64,000 nucleotides of DNA from the human T2T-CHM13v2.0 reference genome, Homo sapiens. The translations under genes and the position numbers were made by a program. Positions 21,162 to 35,990 of the stretch are shown piece by piece; the stretch's first letter is position 1; the number at the start of each line of letters is the position of its first letter. Location: NCBI RefSeq assembly GCF_009914755.1, contig NC_060942.1; one strand, 5' to 3'. The notes beneath the pieces were generated by a model, which was not told the origin of the DNA, ran no database searches, and saw only the letters and a list, made by a program, of their open reading frames with translations.

Positions 21162-22742
21162 CTGTAAAGTAATTCTTAGTATCAAAATAATTAAAATGAT
21201 TCTTTTCACTAACAAGGAGAAAATATTATAATCTGGTTTTGCACATACAATTCTTTTATTCTTATTATTTGGAAAACATATGTAGCCTCAAGTCAAGATA
21301 AAATTGCTTTTATTCCAATAAAATGCAAAAAGGCTGATAGAATACAGTAAGAGAGGCTAGAGTAGAAAAACAATACATTAAAGAATAAAGTTTTAATTTA
21401 ATTTTATTTTTTCTGTTTAAAAAGGGCAGAAAATCAGATTGTTTAAATTTTTTTCAAACTGCAGGTTTTAATCTACTAATGAGGGTAAAATAAATGTAAT
21501 GGATCTCACTAGAACATATTTCACAAAAGAAACACAAATAAAGCAAAATAAAATGAAAAATATCAGAGAGCATCATAAGGTTTTAAGAGAATCTTGTCTC
21601 ACTTTGTGTGTGTGTGGTGTGTCTGTGTATGCCTATTTATGTCTCTATGTGCCTGTGTGTGCATACTGAATCATGAGAGAAAATGTGTTTCTTATTGTAT
21701 CTCATTATCAAAAATATTCTTAAAATCCTAAACTGTAGGAAGCAGTTGAAAAACCAGGCTACAAAGGGTAATGGAGAAGTATGAACATGGAAGTTGTCAA
21801 TAACTGCTCTATTGATATCAGATTATATTATAATTTCTCAAGATAAACTTTTGAGGGAGATTTGAGACACTGAATTTTCACTCTAATTTAAATCATAAAA
21901 TAGAGCATGTGACAGATTATTCTTACTCTTTTTAAGTTCCCTTTATGAGCAAAACAAAATAGCTTCAAATTAGTTTCAGAGACTACTAATAGAATACTCA
22001 GTCACACAATGATTTTGACAACGCGTCTGACTTGATAGTCAGTAGACAGTGATTATTAAGGTAGCCAGGATCAGTTTTATTGAAAGCTTCTGTAGGAAGA
22101 AGCTTGGAAAAGGACAAAGGCTTTAAGTACAGATCACCTAGGCACACATAATGGAGATGAAGGTGGTAAAGTCATGCTCGCTAACGTTAAAATTAGTTGT
22201 AAAACAGAAGGTAAATCCCAGCACATGGAAAAAAATACTCCGTAGGCACAAATTAGATATAACATGACAACAGTTGTAAAATTTTTAAAGTGAAAGTGAT
22301 TTCATCCTTTTGATGTATAATATGTACACATATATAGCCATATTAACAATGCAATATAAAATATTTCCTGAATATGAACATTCTTTCTTATACTTTGCAA
22401 ATTTACAATTATTTGGGGACGTAGAAAATTTAGGCCACAGAGCATTTATTTTTCTAATGTCTGTAGCTTTGATGATAATTGGTATGCTACTGTGCAGCCT
22501 TATCTTCCACTGAACACAAACTCCAGCCTACCTTCCATTAGGAGTTTCACCCTTTTCACTGCTACTCAGGATGCCCTTTCAACATCTCTGTCGATACCCC
22601 TGGTTCTTTAAATTATTATGTACATAATTATTCTTCATTTTCTGCTAGAGAACTTTCACTAATAGACGATCAGTTCCTTGAGGTTAGATTACTGCCATAA
22701 TGATCTTTGTGTCTGGTATAATGCCCTGAACATACTTGATAA

Positions 22743-22767
22743 TCTCTTTCTCTCTCTCTCTCTCTGT

Positions 22768-22810
<43 letters not shown>

Positions 22811-22818
22811 TGTGTGTA
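22743..22818. repeat. (TC)n(TG)n microsatellite within an L2 end
   Basis: Direct reading. Confidence 0.95.
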
Positions 22819-22879
22819 CATGAGAATGAATGAATGGATAAATGAGTGAATGAGTGAAATAAATGAGTAACATAGGAGC

Positions 22880-23379
22880 AGGCCTATGAACTTGACTTTT
22901 TGAAAAGTGTTTATCATTTAATTCTTGCATTTAGAACAAGTAATTTGAGTCATCTTTTGAAACCCTCTTGAATGGTAAATTGATGCAAAATGTCTGTCAA
23001 CTCTTCAACAATAATTTAAGCAATTTCACCATGCTCAATACAGGATGCTGGGCTGCTTCTCACTGTGGCACTGATGTCAATGAATTCCATGTGATTTGCC
23101 TGTGGAACCAGCTTTGACTTGGCTGACCAACATGATTTTCACATTCTGTTATCTTTCTGTAACATTCTAAGCCTTGACATAAATAAATCAAAGAGAACTT
23201 TGACATTCACTTGGTAAATTACCTTAAAAACAGATATTGAATGTTTTCATGGTAATGCAATGATGCTGCAAAAGTCACTATATCAACACATAGAACAGAA
23301 ATGTCTGCTATGTTCTCATGCATTTCTGAAAAACTGATTTCTAAATGAATATTTGACATTGCATACATAGAGCTGGTTC
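22880..23379 (-). pseudogene. Dynein relic: strut/buttress and AAA5 extension
   Basis: Acceptor ctttcctag; HENIADISVL vs YRPVA..SLL; VIYQVNVKVLFDLF vs PMYQYSL.WF..LF; IIVEELTDILHQFTIQEGFKR*LKLL vs NLIDSITYSVY.YT.RGLFERDKLIF. Confidence 0.7.
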
Positions 23380-24091
23380 CTAGGAAAGGATTCAAAAAAC
23401 ATTTTAATTATATTGAAAAGTTATTGAACACTATTTTGTCAGGTTTAGCTCCATTTACATCTTTTGTATGCCTCACATTCTAACAACACCATGTTACATA
23501 CAGTTTATGTTTAACTCCTTTATCCTGGAATACCATCTTCCATTCTTAATTACTTAGCACTTGCCACATTCGTGTTTCAAAGGTTGGTAAAAATTGTAGA
23601 GTTTCTACATATCTTTCCTTGAAACTTCCCTTCCTGTTCAAATTAATTGATCCTAATCAGTATATCTTTAGCACTAAAAGTATTTTTAAAATACCATAGT
23701 TAAATGTATTTTAGTTCTGGAAAATTAGTTATTTCTCTTTTGTTCTGTGTGCATAATGTCTCAATATAAGAGTTTTACATAATTCTTCTCTCCTATGGGG
23801 AAAAGAAAGAACAGTTTCATTGCTTTAATAAATTAGAAATGCCTGTGCAAGTTAAAAGGGAAGTAGGAATAATCACTTTACCATTAAAAACAAATTCAAC
23901 CTTTCACAAAGTCAGAATACAGAGAAAAGATTATTACAGCCTAGGGTATAGTTAGGCTTATCTGATAAATCAGCATTATGATAGTTTGGAGAGGAAAAGG
24001 ACTTTGAATGGTATAGAGAATTTTTTAATTAAGTCTTTTAATTATTCTTAAAAGAATAGAAAATGAAAGGTTATAGCTTCTTTCACACTAC

Positions 24092-24590
24092 CTTGGAGTG
24101 AGATTTTTATCAGTTCTCCAAGCTAAGCAGAATCAAATCTGTTCATTAATTTCCTGGGAACTGACCAAAAAAAGGTTGCTTGTATAACCAGCAATGTAAT
24201 TGATAGCAGATACTTTTTCTGCTGAGTCAGTCTTCATATTTTAGTGAAGGATTCTGATCCCATTGTCTTTAAAAGAAAATTTCATATTGGCTTAAGCATA
24301 GCATATTTCTATGAGATCTTTCTGAAGTGGTTTACTACAATGTTAAGTAACTTGGTTAACTTTCATCAGCATATTAAATTGGCAGTCTACTGATACTAAT
24401 TGTTTATGAAATCTTGCAGAACAGCACAATTTAAGGAAGATGTTTTTCACTAAAGCAAAAAGTTTCATGTATGCAGGAGGTCTTTATTAATTGTCTCAAG
24501 AAAATTGGCATGTGAAACCCTCTTAAATATGTAACTTAAATTGTACCCAAAAGGTTCGAGTAATAGTGGAAAGGTTGCTTCTTATTATAC
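24092..24590 (-). pseudogene. Dynein relic: AAA5
   Basis: FPLLLEPFGYNLSYI vs WPLLIDPQGQA..WI; TDSAEKVSAINY vs PEVS.KVTLINF; donor AAG|GTAGTG at 24091. Confidence 0.65.
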
Positions 24591-24635
24591 CTCATATAAT
24601 AAAAATAATGGGAGCAGGAAAAAATGCCAAGTGTT

Positions 24636-24989
24636 TGTATTAGTCTGTTTTCATGCTGCTGATAAAGACATTCCCAAAACTTGGCAATTTAAAACAGAAG
24701 AGGTTTAATTGGACTTAGGGTTCATATGGCTGGGGAAGCCTCAGAATCATGGCAGAAAGCAAGGAGGAGCAAGTCATGTCTTATGTGGATGGCAGAAAGC
24801 AAAGAGAGAGCTTGTGCAGGCAGACTCCCATTTCTCAAAACCATCAGATCTTGTAAGACTTTTTCACTATCATGAGAACAGCACAAGGAAGACCTGCCCC
24901 TATGATTCAATTACCTCCCACCGGGTCCCTCCCACAACACATAGGAATTCAAGATGAGATTTGGGTGGGGACACAGCCAAACCATATCA
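24636..24989 (-). mobile_element. THE1 solo LTR (MaLR)
   Basis: tgtattagtc...accatatca termini; TSD gtgtt on both sides. Confidence 0.92.
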
Positions 24990-25436
24990 GTGTTTATGCA
25001 CATAAAGCCAAAAGAAAACTTTTTGTTTCTGCCTTCTGCACATGGATTGGAGTCATGTGACAAAAAAAAACAAGTCAATGTCACATATGCCAAAGGGTTG
25101 TAAGCCACTTACAAGCCTAGATAATAAAGTTATTTTGTAAAATTACTTAGCTCACTCTTCCCCTAGTACAGCAACCCTGGAGGCCAAGTGCTTATGATTG
25201 TCAAACAGCAAGATAAAGGGGGGCTCCTGATCCACATCAATTTGAGTATTGAATGAAAATTACATACTGCATTAAGACACTGAGATTTCAGGATTTATTA
25301 ACTACCACAGCATAGTCTAGCCAATCTAACTAATATAGTAAATTCATTTTTATTAATATTAAAAATTAGATTATATTAAAAACTCTGTGCTAATTATTCA
25401 AATAGAAAAAGTAGAAATAAATTCTATAGTAGTTAC

Positions 25437-25810
25437 TCTAAATTTTCTAAATAAATTATATGATAGCATAATTCATATTCTTCAAGTTTTGCCTTTACTA
25501 CATAATCCTAAGGAGCATAATTTTTGCAAACGTATTGGAAAATTTCATCATTTTCAGAAGTACCTCAAACTTCAGCCATCAAATATTTCCTCTTAATTTG
25601 CACATGATAGTGCCATAGTCTTATATAATTATTTTTCTTTGCATGTTATTCATTGTAACTCTGCTAGATCTGGAAACACCAATGACTTTGCTTGTGATGC
25701 AAGCGGTTCCCAGCATCACTTCCCTGACTTCTTGATTCACTTCTTAATGGCTGCTTCATTTCACCATAACTTAGGCTTGCATATTATGAGAATTGGATTT
25801 TAGAAAAGGC
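25437..25810 (-). pseudogene. Dynein relic: end of stalk CC2 to AAA5 entry
   Basis: Acceptor gtcatcag; K*(W)SSH*EVNQEVREVMLGTACIT vs RW......LVGDVLLSAAFIS; FPIRLQKLCSLGLCSKGKT vs DPVKIRAW...GLPSD..S. Confidence 0.65.
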
Positions 25811-26199
25811 CTGATGACAGCAATAGATAGACATATACAAAGGCAGTTAAGTAAAAAGGATAAGAGGAGAAGATGTGGAACTTGTTTTATTTTTTAAATT
25901 TTGTTTCTTGTTGGGAACTTGTTTTATAATTGTATTATTTACAAATGAATATATTCTTGATGTGGGTGTTTCTTCACTAGACAACTTCATAAATATCAAG
26001 ACTCAATTAAAACTTGGAAATAGCAAGAGACACTCAAAGAACTGTGAAAGGGAGAACGTGAAAGGTAAACCAGTTACGGAGCCCAGGACAGGAGGATCAA
26101 TAAAGCGGCAGTTCATCCTACAACCCCCTCCTCCACAGTATGCAGAAGAAGGGGGTCCAGGTAGTCTCAGATAGAAAGGAAGAAATAGAAATAATAGGA

Positions 26200-28850
26200 A
26201 GAAATATAATAAAAGCAGGAAGTTTTAAATAAAAAGAAATGATAAGTTAGAAATCCCAGAAGGTCGGGAAGGAAAAAAGAACTGGAAAGAGTTTTAAATA
26301 TGGTAAATTTTAACAAGCCTACCCTTACATCAAGTGTTTTCTAAATCATGTGTGATGATGGAAATACAAATTATAAGACCATCTAAACTCAAGACAATTC
26401 TAACTTGGAAGTGAAGATGGTAAAGGAGTCTAAATGGAAGTAAATTTTCCACATTTCACTCAAAGTGAAAAAATATTAATACAAGTAGACTATCCAAAGT
26501 CATGTGTATACTGTAATTTGCAATGATCGGACCAAAGACTAGGAAAACTCTTAAAAGTAATACCATAAATAAATTATAAATTAAAACATTATAAGCTGGG
26601 TGCAGAGGTGGTGCGTAAAGTTCCAGCAGTACTAGGGAGGCTGAGGTGAGAGGATCACTTGAACCCAGAAGATCAATCCAGCCTGGGCAACATAGTGAGA
26701 TCTTGTCTCAATAAATAAATAAATAAATAAATAAATAACACCATAACACAACACAAATAAGATAATATCCTTAAAAAATGTCCAAGTGACTCACAAAAAG
26801 GAATGAAAACAGAAAAATGACAAGCAGAGAAAAAAATACAAAGCAAATAATTTGGCAGACTTAAGCACCAACATATCAAAAATTACTTTAAATGTGAATT
26901 GTCTAAGTATTTCAACTAAAAGAGTGATGAGAAGAGTAGGTAAAAAACCAAAGCAAGCAAGGAAACAAAAAATGACCCAAGTATACGCTATTTACAGAAA
27001 CTTACTTCAACTTTAGTACATAGGCAGCTTGAAAGTAAAACTGAAAAATATATACCATACTAATTTTATTTTTTAAAAAAGCAGAAATAGTTATGTTTCT
27101 ATCAGAGAAAGTAGACTTCAGAGAAATGAATCTATTAGACATAGGGAGACATTAGATAATGATAAAAGATCAATCCACCAGGAAGATGTAGCTATTATAA
27201 ATGTGTATACATGAAAAACAGAGCCTCAACATACTTGAAGCAAAAACTGGTAGAATTTAAAAAAATAGACAAATACACAATTATACATGGGAAATTTAAC
27301 ACCCCTGTCTCAGTAACTCATGCAACAGATAAGAGTATAGATGTGAACAACACAATGAACAACTACAGAATCTAATTGATACCCTTAGAATACCCTCGTA
27401 AATGGTAGAATGTACAATTTTTCAAGCACTTATAAGATATAAATAGATCATATTTTGGGTCTTGAAACAAACCTCAACTAGTTTAAGATAACTGAAATCA
27501 TGTGCATTACGTTGTCTGACCATAATGGAAGCAAAATAGAAAGCAAAAATAGAAAGCAGAAACAAAAAGACAGAAGGAAAATGTCAAACTATACGGAAAT
27601 TTAAAAATCCACTTCTAAATTATTCATAGTTCAAAGATAAAGTATTACATGAAATTAAAAAATACATAGAACTAAATAAAATATAAATATAGAACTAAAT
27701 AAAATAAAAATATATAACACATCATAATATAGAGGGAACAGCTAAAGCAGCACAGAGAGGAAAAATTATAATAGTAAATCACTATGTTAGGAAAGAGAAA
27801 AAAATCTCAAATAATCCAAGCTTCTAATTTAAGGAAGTAGAAATAAAGGGTAACACAAACACAAAGAGAAAAATTAAGGAATTACTAATGATAAGAATAT
27901 GAATTACTGGGCCAGATGCAGTGGCTCATGCCTCTAATCCAAGCATTTTGGGAGGCCAAGGCGGGTGGATCACGAGGTCAGAAGATCAAGACCATCCTGG
28001 CTAATGTGGTGAAACCCCGTCTCTACTAAAAATACAAAAAATTAGCTGTGCATGGTGGCAGGCACCTGTAGTCCCAGCTACTCAGGAGGCTGAGGCAGGA
28101 GAATGGCGTGAACCCGGGAGACGGAGCTTGCAGTGAGTTGAGATTGCACCACTACACTCCAGCCTGGGGGACAGAGCGAGACTCCGTCTCAAAAAAAAAG
28201 AAAAAAAAGAAAAGAAATCAAAATACTGATCCTTTGAAATAATTTCCAAAATGTATAAGCCTCTAGCAAGACTGATGAGATAAAAAGGCAGAAGAAAGCA
28301 GTCACCAATACCAGGAGTTAAATAGTTCCTATCACAGCAGATCTTGCAGCCATTAAAAAAGACAATAAGGAATACTTCAAATAACTTTACACTCATAAAA
28401 TCTAACAATTTTGAAAATACCACTCAGCAATAAACAGAAACAAATTTGGATATGATAAGCACATGAGAGATTCTGTTGAATGAAAGAAAGCCATTCCCAA
28501 AGGGTTACATTCTGCTTGATTCCATTTATCTAACATTTTTGAAGTGATGCATTTGTGGAATTGGAGAACAGATAAGTGGTTTCTAGCATTTAGGGACAGA
28601 GTTAAGAGAATAGAGAGAGGGAGAGGTGGCTATAAAAGGACAACCTGAGGGATCCTTATAATTACAGAAATGTTCTGTATTTTGACTGTATTAATTTTAA
28701 TATTCTCATTGTGATATTGTAATATGACTTTGCAAAAATGTTACCACTGGGAGAAATTAGACTAGATCTCTTTATGTCCTTTCTTACAATTGCATGTGAA
28801 TCTACAAGTATCTGTAAACAAAAGTTCAATTTTAAAATATGACTTGTTGA
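26200..28850 (+). mobile_element. Old L1M fragments (ORF2 endonuclease region and 3' UTR) with nested Alus
   Basis: L1 ORF2-like sequence 26860-27900; Alu fragment ~26595-26740; 3' UTR 28420-28840. Confidence 0.8.
27910..28215 (+). mobile_element. AluY/Sc
   Basis: gatcacgaggtca...accatcctggcta...gaatggcgtgaacccgggag diagnostics. Confidence 0.92.
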
Positions 28851-29764
28851 TTGATAAATTGAAATTCATTTATATTGGTTAGGCCATGAGTATAGAGACG
28901 TGGGGATTAACGTGGGTATAATCATGTGATTTTATATATCTCTATAAGTGTATTGGAGGTGTCCTGCTTTTATTAAGCACATCTTCTCTTTAACAGATGC
29001 AGATAAGTGTGAAAAAAAGCCAGAAGATTCTAGCAAAATAGTAATTAAACCAAGATTAGAAGTAACTGATGAGCAGCAGGGGTCATATGTAATAACCAGG
29101 TAAAAAAAGGGATTTAACAGTATTACAAGATGCTAGACTAGCTGAAAGTCCTGAAAAAAGGGTGGTCAGTGAATAAATTATCCCATATTTATGATATAAT
29201 GATACAAATGTTCTGGATGGCATCAGTGACTCTAAGGAAATGCTAATAAGGTATAGTGAAGTAAGTAGTAGGCTCAGGTGAATATATTCTGCATGAGCTT
29301 TGGTGCACTTGATGTGAATGAGTTGGTGGAAATGATTACAGGGTTTAGAGATGAGGTTAGTGTGGGTTAGTGTAGAAGGAGGGAGATGCATAGTCTATAA
29401 ATGGGTAACATGAGGGATCCTTGCTATGATTAAATGTTTTGTATTATGACTGTATATACATTCATAATAAGAATATCTACAAATAACAGGATTGATATCA
29501 GAGGAGGAATTAGAAGTAGAAAAGAAGGGACAGAAAGGAACTGAATAAAATGCGAGTCAGTTGATCCTAGCTATAGCAACTGATTTGAAAGGTTTATCTG
29601 GTGAACATCAATAAAGTCATTCCTGCTATATTAATTCTGGTTTCTTAAGGGAGAAGACAGTTGTACTGCTTGATGAATGACAAGGAATCAATCCTTTGAT
29701 ACTGTTTGAATCAGGGCCCTGCAGTGACATCTCACTTGCTTACAGATTATTGACTAGACTCTAA

Positions 29765-29988
29765 GGAAGGCATTGGCAAATTATGGGAAACAAATTCAAG
29801 CCTCTGTGTGTTTGTGTAAATAAAGTTTTATTGGAACACATACTCCCTCATTTGCACACGTACTGTTTATGGCTAGCTTTGCACTCCAATGGTAGTGTTG
29901 AAGAGCTCCAATACAGACTACTTGGCTTGCAAAGCTGAAAAATATTTACTGTCTGGCCCTTTACAGAAAAAGTTGGCATCCCCTGCTC
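29765..29988. mobile_element. MER58-type hAT-Charlie MITE
   Basis: ttggcaaa...taaagttttattggaacac...tatttactgtctggccctttacagaaaaagtt...cccctg. Confidence 0.75.
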
Positions 29989-30039
29989 CACAGCTAAGAC
30001 TCATGTCATTTAAAAATATTAGGAGATACTAAAAAAAAT

Positions 30040-30216
30040 GTATATATCTATGAGGTCATTTTTCCTGTGGAGTAAATGTTTCTGTGGCCAGTATTAAACT
30101 ACATCAACAATTACTGTAGGAACAACTGTCCAGAAATCTTTTTTTCTGCAACATGTAATGAAATTCATTAGCTATAAAACCACTAACAATGTGATAACTT
30201 CAACTTGCCTTATTCA
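30040..30216 (-). pseudogene. Dynein relic: MTBD 3' part and start of CC2
   Basis: Directly after the THE1 TSD: TGA(W)IRQVEV/YHIV vs WVRAMEVYHRV. Confidence 0.5.
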
Positions 30217-30221
30217 TACAG

Positions 30222-32545
30222 TGATATGGATTGGCTCTGTGTCCTCACCCAAATCTCATCTTGAATTGTACTCCCATAATCCCCACATGTTATGGGAGGG
30301 ACTTGGTGGAAGATAATTGAATCATGGGGTGGTTTCCCTCATACAGTTCTCATGGCAGTAAATAAGTCTCACAAGGGCTGATGGTTTTATCAGGGGTTTC
30401 TGCTTTTTTGTCTTCCTCATTTTCTCTTTGCCTGCTGCCATCCATGTAAGATGGGACTTGCTCCACCTTGCCTTCCACAATGATTGTGAGGCCTCCTCAG
30501 CCTCACAAGTGGAACTGTAAGTCCAATTAAGACTCTTTCTTTTGCAAATTGCCCAGTTTCAGGTATGTCTTTATCAGCAGCATGAAAATGAACTAATACA
30601 ATAAATTGGTATCAGCAGAGTAGGTAGGGTGTTGCTGAAAAGATACCTGAAAATGTGGAAGCAACTTTGGAACTGGGTAACAGGCAGAGGTTGAAACAGT
30701 TTGAAGAACTCAGAAGAAGACAGAAAAATGTGGGAAAGTTTGGAGCTTCCTAGAGACTTGTTGAATGGCTTTGAACAAAAGCCTGAGAGTGATATGGACA
30801 ATAAGGTCCAGGCTGAGTTGGTCCCAGGTAGAGATGAGGAGGAATTTGTTGAGAACTGGAGGAAAAGTGACTCTAGTCATGTTTTAGCAAAGAGACTGGT
30901 GGCACTTTGCCCCTGCCCTAGAGATTTGTAAAACTTTGAACTTGAGAGAGATGGTTTAGGATACCTACTGGAAGAAATTTCTAAGCAGCAAAGCATTCAA
31001 AAAGGTGACGTGGGTGCTGTTTAAGGCATTCAGTTTTATAAAGGTAACAGAGCATAAAAGTTCAGAAAGTTTGCAGCCTGACAATGTGATATAAAATAAA
31101 AACCCATTTTCTGAGGAGAAATTCAAGCCAGCTCCAGAAATTTGCATAAGTAAAGAGGAGTCAAATGTTAACCCCCAAGACAATGGGGAAAATATCTCCA
31201 GGGCATGTCAGAGGTCTTCACAGCAGCCCCTCCCATCACAGGCCCAGAGGCCCAGGAGAAAATGGTTTCCTAGGCCAGGCCCAGGGTCCCCATGCAGTGT
31301 GCAGCCTAGAGACTTGGTGCCCTGTGTCCCAGCTGCTCCAGCTGTGGCTGAAAGTGTCCAATGTAGAGCTTGAGCAGTGGCTTCAGAGGGTGCCAGCCCC
31401 AAGCCTCGGCAGCTTCCATGTGGTGTTGAGCCTGAAAGTGCACAGAAGTCAAGAACTGGGGTTTGGGAACCTCTGCCTAGATTTCAGAGGATGTATGGAA
31501 ACACTTGGATGTTCAGGCAGAAATTTGCTGCAGGGGTGGAGCTCTCATGGAGAACCTCTGCTAGACAGTGGAGAAAGGAAATGTGGGGTTGGAGTCCCCA
31601 CACAGAATCCCTACTGGGACACTGACTAGTGGAGCTGTGAGAAGAGGGCCACCATCCTCCAGACCCCAGAATGGTAGATCCACTGACAGCTTGCACAGTG
31701 GGCCTGGAAAAGCTGCAGACACTCAATGCCAGCCCATCAAAGCAGCTGGGAGGGAGGCGGTACCCTGCAAAATCACAGGGGTGGATCCCAAGACCATGAT
31801 AATCCACCTCTTGATCAGCATGACATGGATGTGAGACATGGAGTCAAAGATCATTTTGGAGCTTTAAGATTTGACTGCCCCACTGGATTTTGGATTTTTA
31901 GGGGCCCTGTAGCCCATACAATGGCCAATTTCTCCCATTTGAAACAGCTGTATTTTCTGTACCCCATTGTATCTAGGAAATAACTAGCTCGCTTTTGATT
32001 TTCCAGTCTCATAGGTGGAAAGGACTTGCCTTGTCTCAGATGAGACTTTGGACTGTGGACTTTTGAGTTAATGCTGAAATAAGGCTTTGGGGGACTGTTG
32101 GGAAGGCATGATTGGTTTTGAAATGTGAGGACATGAGATTTGACAGGGGCTGGGGCAGAATTATATGGTTTGACTGTGTCCCCACCCAAATCTCATCTTG
32201 AATCGTACTCCCATAATTCTCATGTGTTGGGGGAGGGACCCAGTAAGAGATAATTGAATCTTGAGGGCGATTTCCTCCATACTATTCTCATGGTAGTGAA
32301 TAAATCTCAGGCTATCTGACAGATTTATCAAGGGTTTCAACTTTTGCATCTTCATCTTCCTCATTCTCTCTTCACCTGCTGCCATCCACTTAAGATGGGA
32401 CTTGTTCCTCCTTGCCTTCTGCCATGATTGTGAGGCTTCCCCAGCCACATGGAACTATAAGTCCAGTTAAATTAAACCCCTTTCTTTTGTAAATTTCCCA
32501 GTTTCAGGTGTGTCTTTATCAGCAGTGTAAAAATGGAATAATATA
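30222..32545 (+). mobile_element. Complete THE1 element (THE1C-like LTR-internal-LTR)
   Basis: LTR 30222-30600, internal 30601-32160, LTR 32161-32545; TSD tacag/tacaa. Confidence 0.93.
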
Positions 32546-32818
32546 TACAATATAGACTAAGTAATCAGCATGGATATATGGCACACTGACCCTTTTCCAC
32601 AGATAAACTTGAAGCTAAATTACAGTGTAACAATTTCATTGGATAGGCATTAAAGTGCTTCACATTCTAAAATAAGTAACTTCTTGGTATCAGAAAAAGT
32701 TGACTGTTTCCAAATTTGTCTGATTTTCTGCTGAGTTAAGCTTCATTGAGATAATTTTGTTCCTTAAATATTTTTAAAAGAAATTTTTGAGAATCTGAGT
32801 ACTATGGAAACTATTGAG
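32546..32818 (-). pseudogene. Dynein relic: microtubule-binding domain, 5' part (interrupted by THE1)
   Basis: Acceptor tctttag at 32819-20; TFSDTKKLL vs .W..AKKLL; NVKHFN vs SL.NFD; LSVEKGQCAIYPC*LLSLYC vs F.PEKV..AS.AC..LC. Confidence 0.5.
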
Positions 32819-33442
32819 CTAAAGAGAATATTTTAAATGGCCTTTTTATTTTATAGAGGGGAAAAAATCTTAATATACATCCAGGGAACATACAGAAAAT
32901 ATAAGTGAAGTAAGGTAATTAAAAGGTCATAATAATATCCAATTTTTGCTTTTATATTTTTAAGGTTACCATCTAAATATCCCTCTAGGTGGTGGAACAA
33001 GTCTCTTAAAAAATCTAGTCAGCATTCAAAATTGTAAAAGTAGAAGAGTAAAAGGGGAATCTTCAATTCTTTTCAGTAGAATTATTTTTATTTTTCTTTC
33101 TTATAGTTCTGATTATCTTCTCAAACGCATTCCACCCATTTATGTTTTTATCTTGGTGAACAGCACCATTTAATCATGAAAGTCAAAAATCTGAAAGTCA
33201 TCTGAGAGGTCTCCCTCTTTTTAATTCCCCTCATCTCTCCTGTGTTAAGTGCTGCCAGTCTCATTTCATCCATGCTTTAATACAGAATTGCTCTCTCCTC
33301 AGCTGCACCAGTGTCACTGTCGTGCACACCTACCCCTGGACTTTTGATCACTAATGGATATTCTTGCCTCCAGTGTTTACATTTATTACTCTCACAACCT
33401 CTACAATGCTTCCAAATCTAGTCACACTGATCTCTCCCTTAA

Positions 33443-33871
<429 letters not shown>

Positions 33872-34004
33872 CTCCAGGTTCACTTCTTACCAAGCTCCCC
33901 TCATCACATTTCCAGCCCTATCTCCATGCAGAATAATTTATGGCTGCCTGAAGGCACATTTCCTATGCCTCTGTGTCTTCCTATATACTAATCCTACTTG
34001 TTAA

Positions 34005-34357
<353 letters not shown>

Positions 34358-35239
34358 TGAATAATAATTATATTCCTTTTAAATCTTGCTAAAATATCAT
34401 CAATTCTTAGGAAATATTTCTTGAGCACAAAACCCAGTCTCCTTCCTTTACACCCTGAGTCTTAGTGACTTTCCTTTGGGAGCCTCTGCTGCACCTCCAC
34501 AGAGTGCTTTGCATATCCCTACTTACTGCATCCATCACTCACATAGCTAAGGAACAGTGGAGGCAATTTAGAGGCAGTTAGTAATCACAAGAATATTTAT
34601 TGAGCAAAATCTCTGAGTCAGATAAGGACTGAGTATTATATAACTACTGTGTCATTTAAGCTTTACAGCAACTTTATGAAATAAATTCTCAGTGATTTAT
34701 TTCCTTTCAGGACAATTCTGCAAGGCAGGTATTATCCATATTACATAGATGAGGAAGCTGAAGATTAAGGAGTCCGAAAATAAAATCCAGGCTTATCTAA
34801 ATCCAGACAATAAATTATTAACTCGTGCCTTATGTGAAGTGTCTTCTTAAAGGAGTATTTTGTCTCTTTTATTATACCTAATGTGTATAAAATATACATG
34901 TATTTATATCCACACATATATTGCCTCTCTTTTAATAACTATGTATTCACACATTCAATAATTAAGGAATATTTATTAAACATCTACTGCAGTACGTGCC
35001 ACTTGTCCATTCTTAGTATTCCTATTCTCCTTAATCTGTGTCCTACTACCTAATGGCTTTGCTCATGATGAGCAAAATTATAAATTAAAAATAAGATTTC
35101 CTGCTGTAAGGTGTTAAACTTACTAAGACTAAGACTAAGACATTAACAAAGATTTAAAACCTTGAAAAAGTATTTGATATTAAGTGGGGAATCCTGGAAA
35201 CAAAACTCAATACCCTAAATAATAACATGTCAATCATGG

Positions 35240-35870
35240 AAATTTGAGATTCAAAGGCCAATAATATAGAATTGGACAAGAACATTTTTTTTATGTCTCA
35301 CAACATTGGCAGCAAGTTCATTTGTATTCAGTCTTATGCTTTATCACACAAAATTATACAAAATGTAATAATTTTTCTTAAAGCTCTCAACTTCCAGTGA
35401 ATAAAATTAGGCAGAATCTGATTCATTCTACTCTTCAGCATTTCTGACTTCTTACAACATTTTTTTTCCCAAATCTTAGGTCATAATCTATCGCATTGCA
35501 ACCCAAAGTTAGTTGATTTTCTCCAAAAAGAAATGGGGACTAATATTCGCTATATAACAGTTTCTCATTATACTTGAAAACAAGAATGCATTCACATTTC
35601 AGCTTCCTTTTTTCATCATAGCTAGTCATAGCTCCCGTAGCTCTTTCAGATAAGCAATGTATTCAACTATTCAGCTCTAACTGGACTTAAATCAGGTGAA
35701 ATGGCACTGAATTTAAAATAGAGTTTTTATCTATTTGTTTTAAATTGGTAATTTTTATTCATGGTTGTGTGGAGGAGATGACTCAGAAACACTTCCATGA
35801 GATCCATGTAATTTTTAATTTGTTTATAAATTTTGGCAGGTGAACCAGACATGGAAAACGTAATCACAGA
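35240..35870 (-). pseudogene. Dynein relic: AAA4 end and stalk coiled coil CC1
   Basis: Acceptor ttcccttcag at 35871-72; CDYVFHVW vs CTIDWF..W; HLLHTTMN vs AYVHTSVN; ANISPHFFLEKIN vs NYVTPKSFLELIN; LKSRMNQIL...KL...IQMNLLPML vs RL..GL.KL...LQ.EL..P.L. Confidence 0.65.
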
Positions 35871-35990
35871 CTGAAGGGAAAACTACTTGTAATTATGCAA
35901 ATGTCAAGTTACCTCTGAGTTTTACTAAATGGTAAAAAATAGTAATGTTATTAGCTAATATTTGTGGAAAACAGGTTTTAGAAAAATTAC

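Noticed and set aside
30574-32448. Cluster of overlapping ORFs
   Set aside because: All lie within THE1 LTR or internal sequence.
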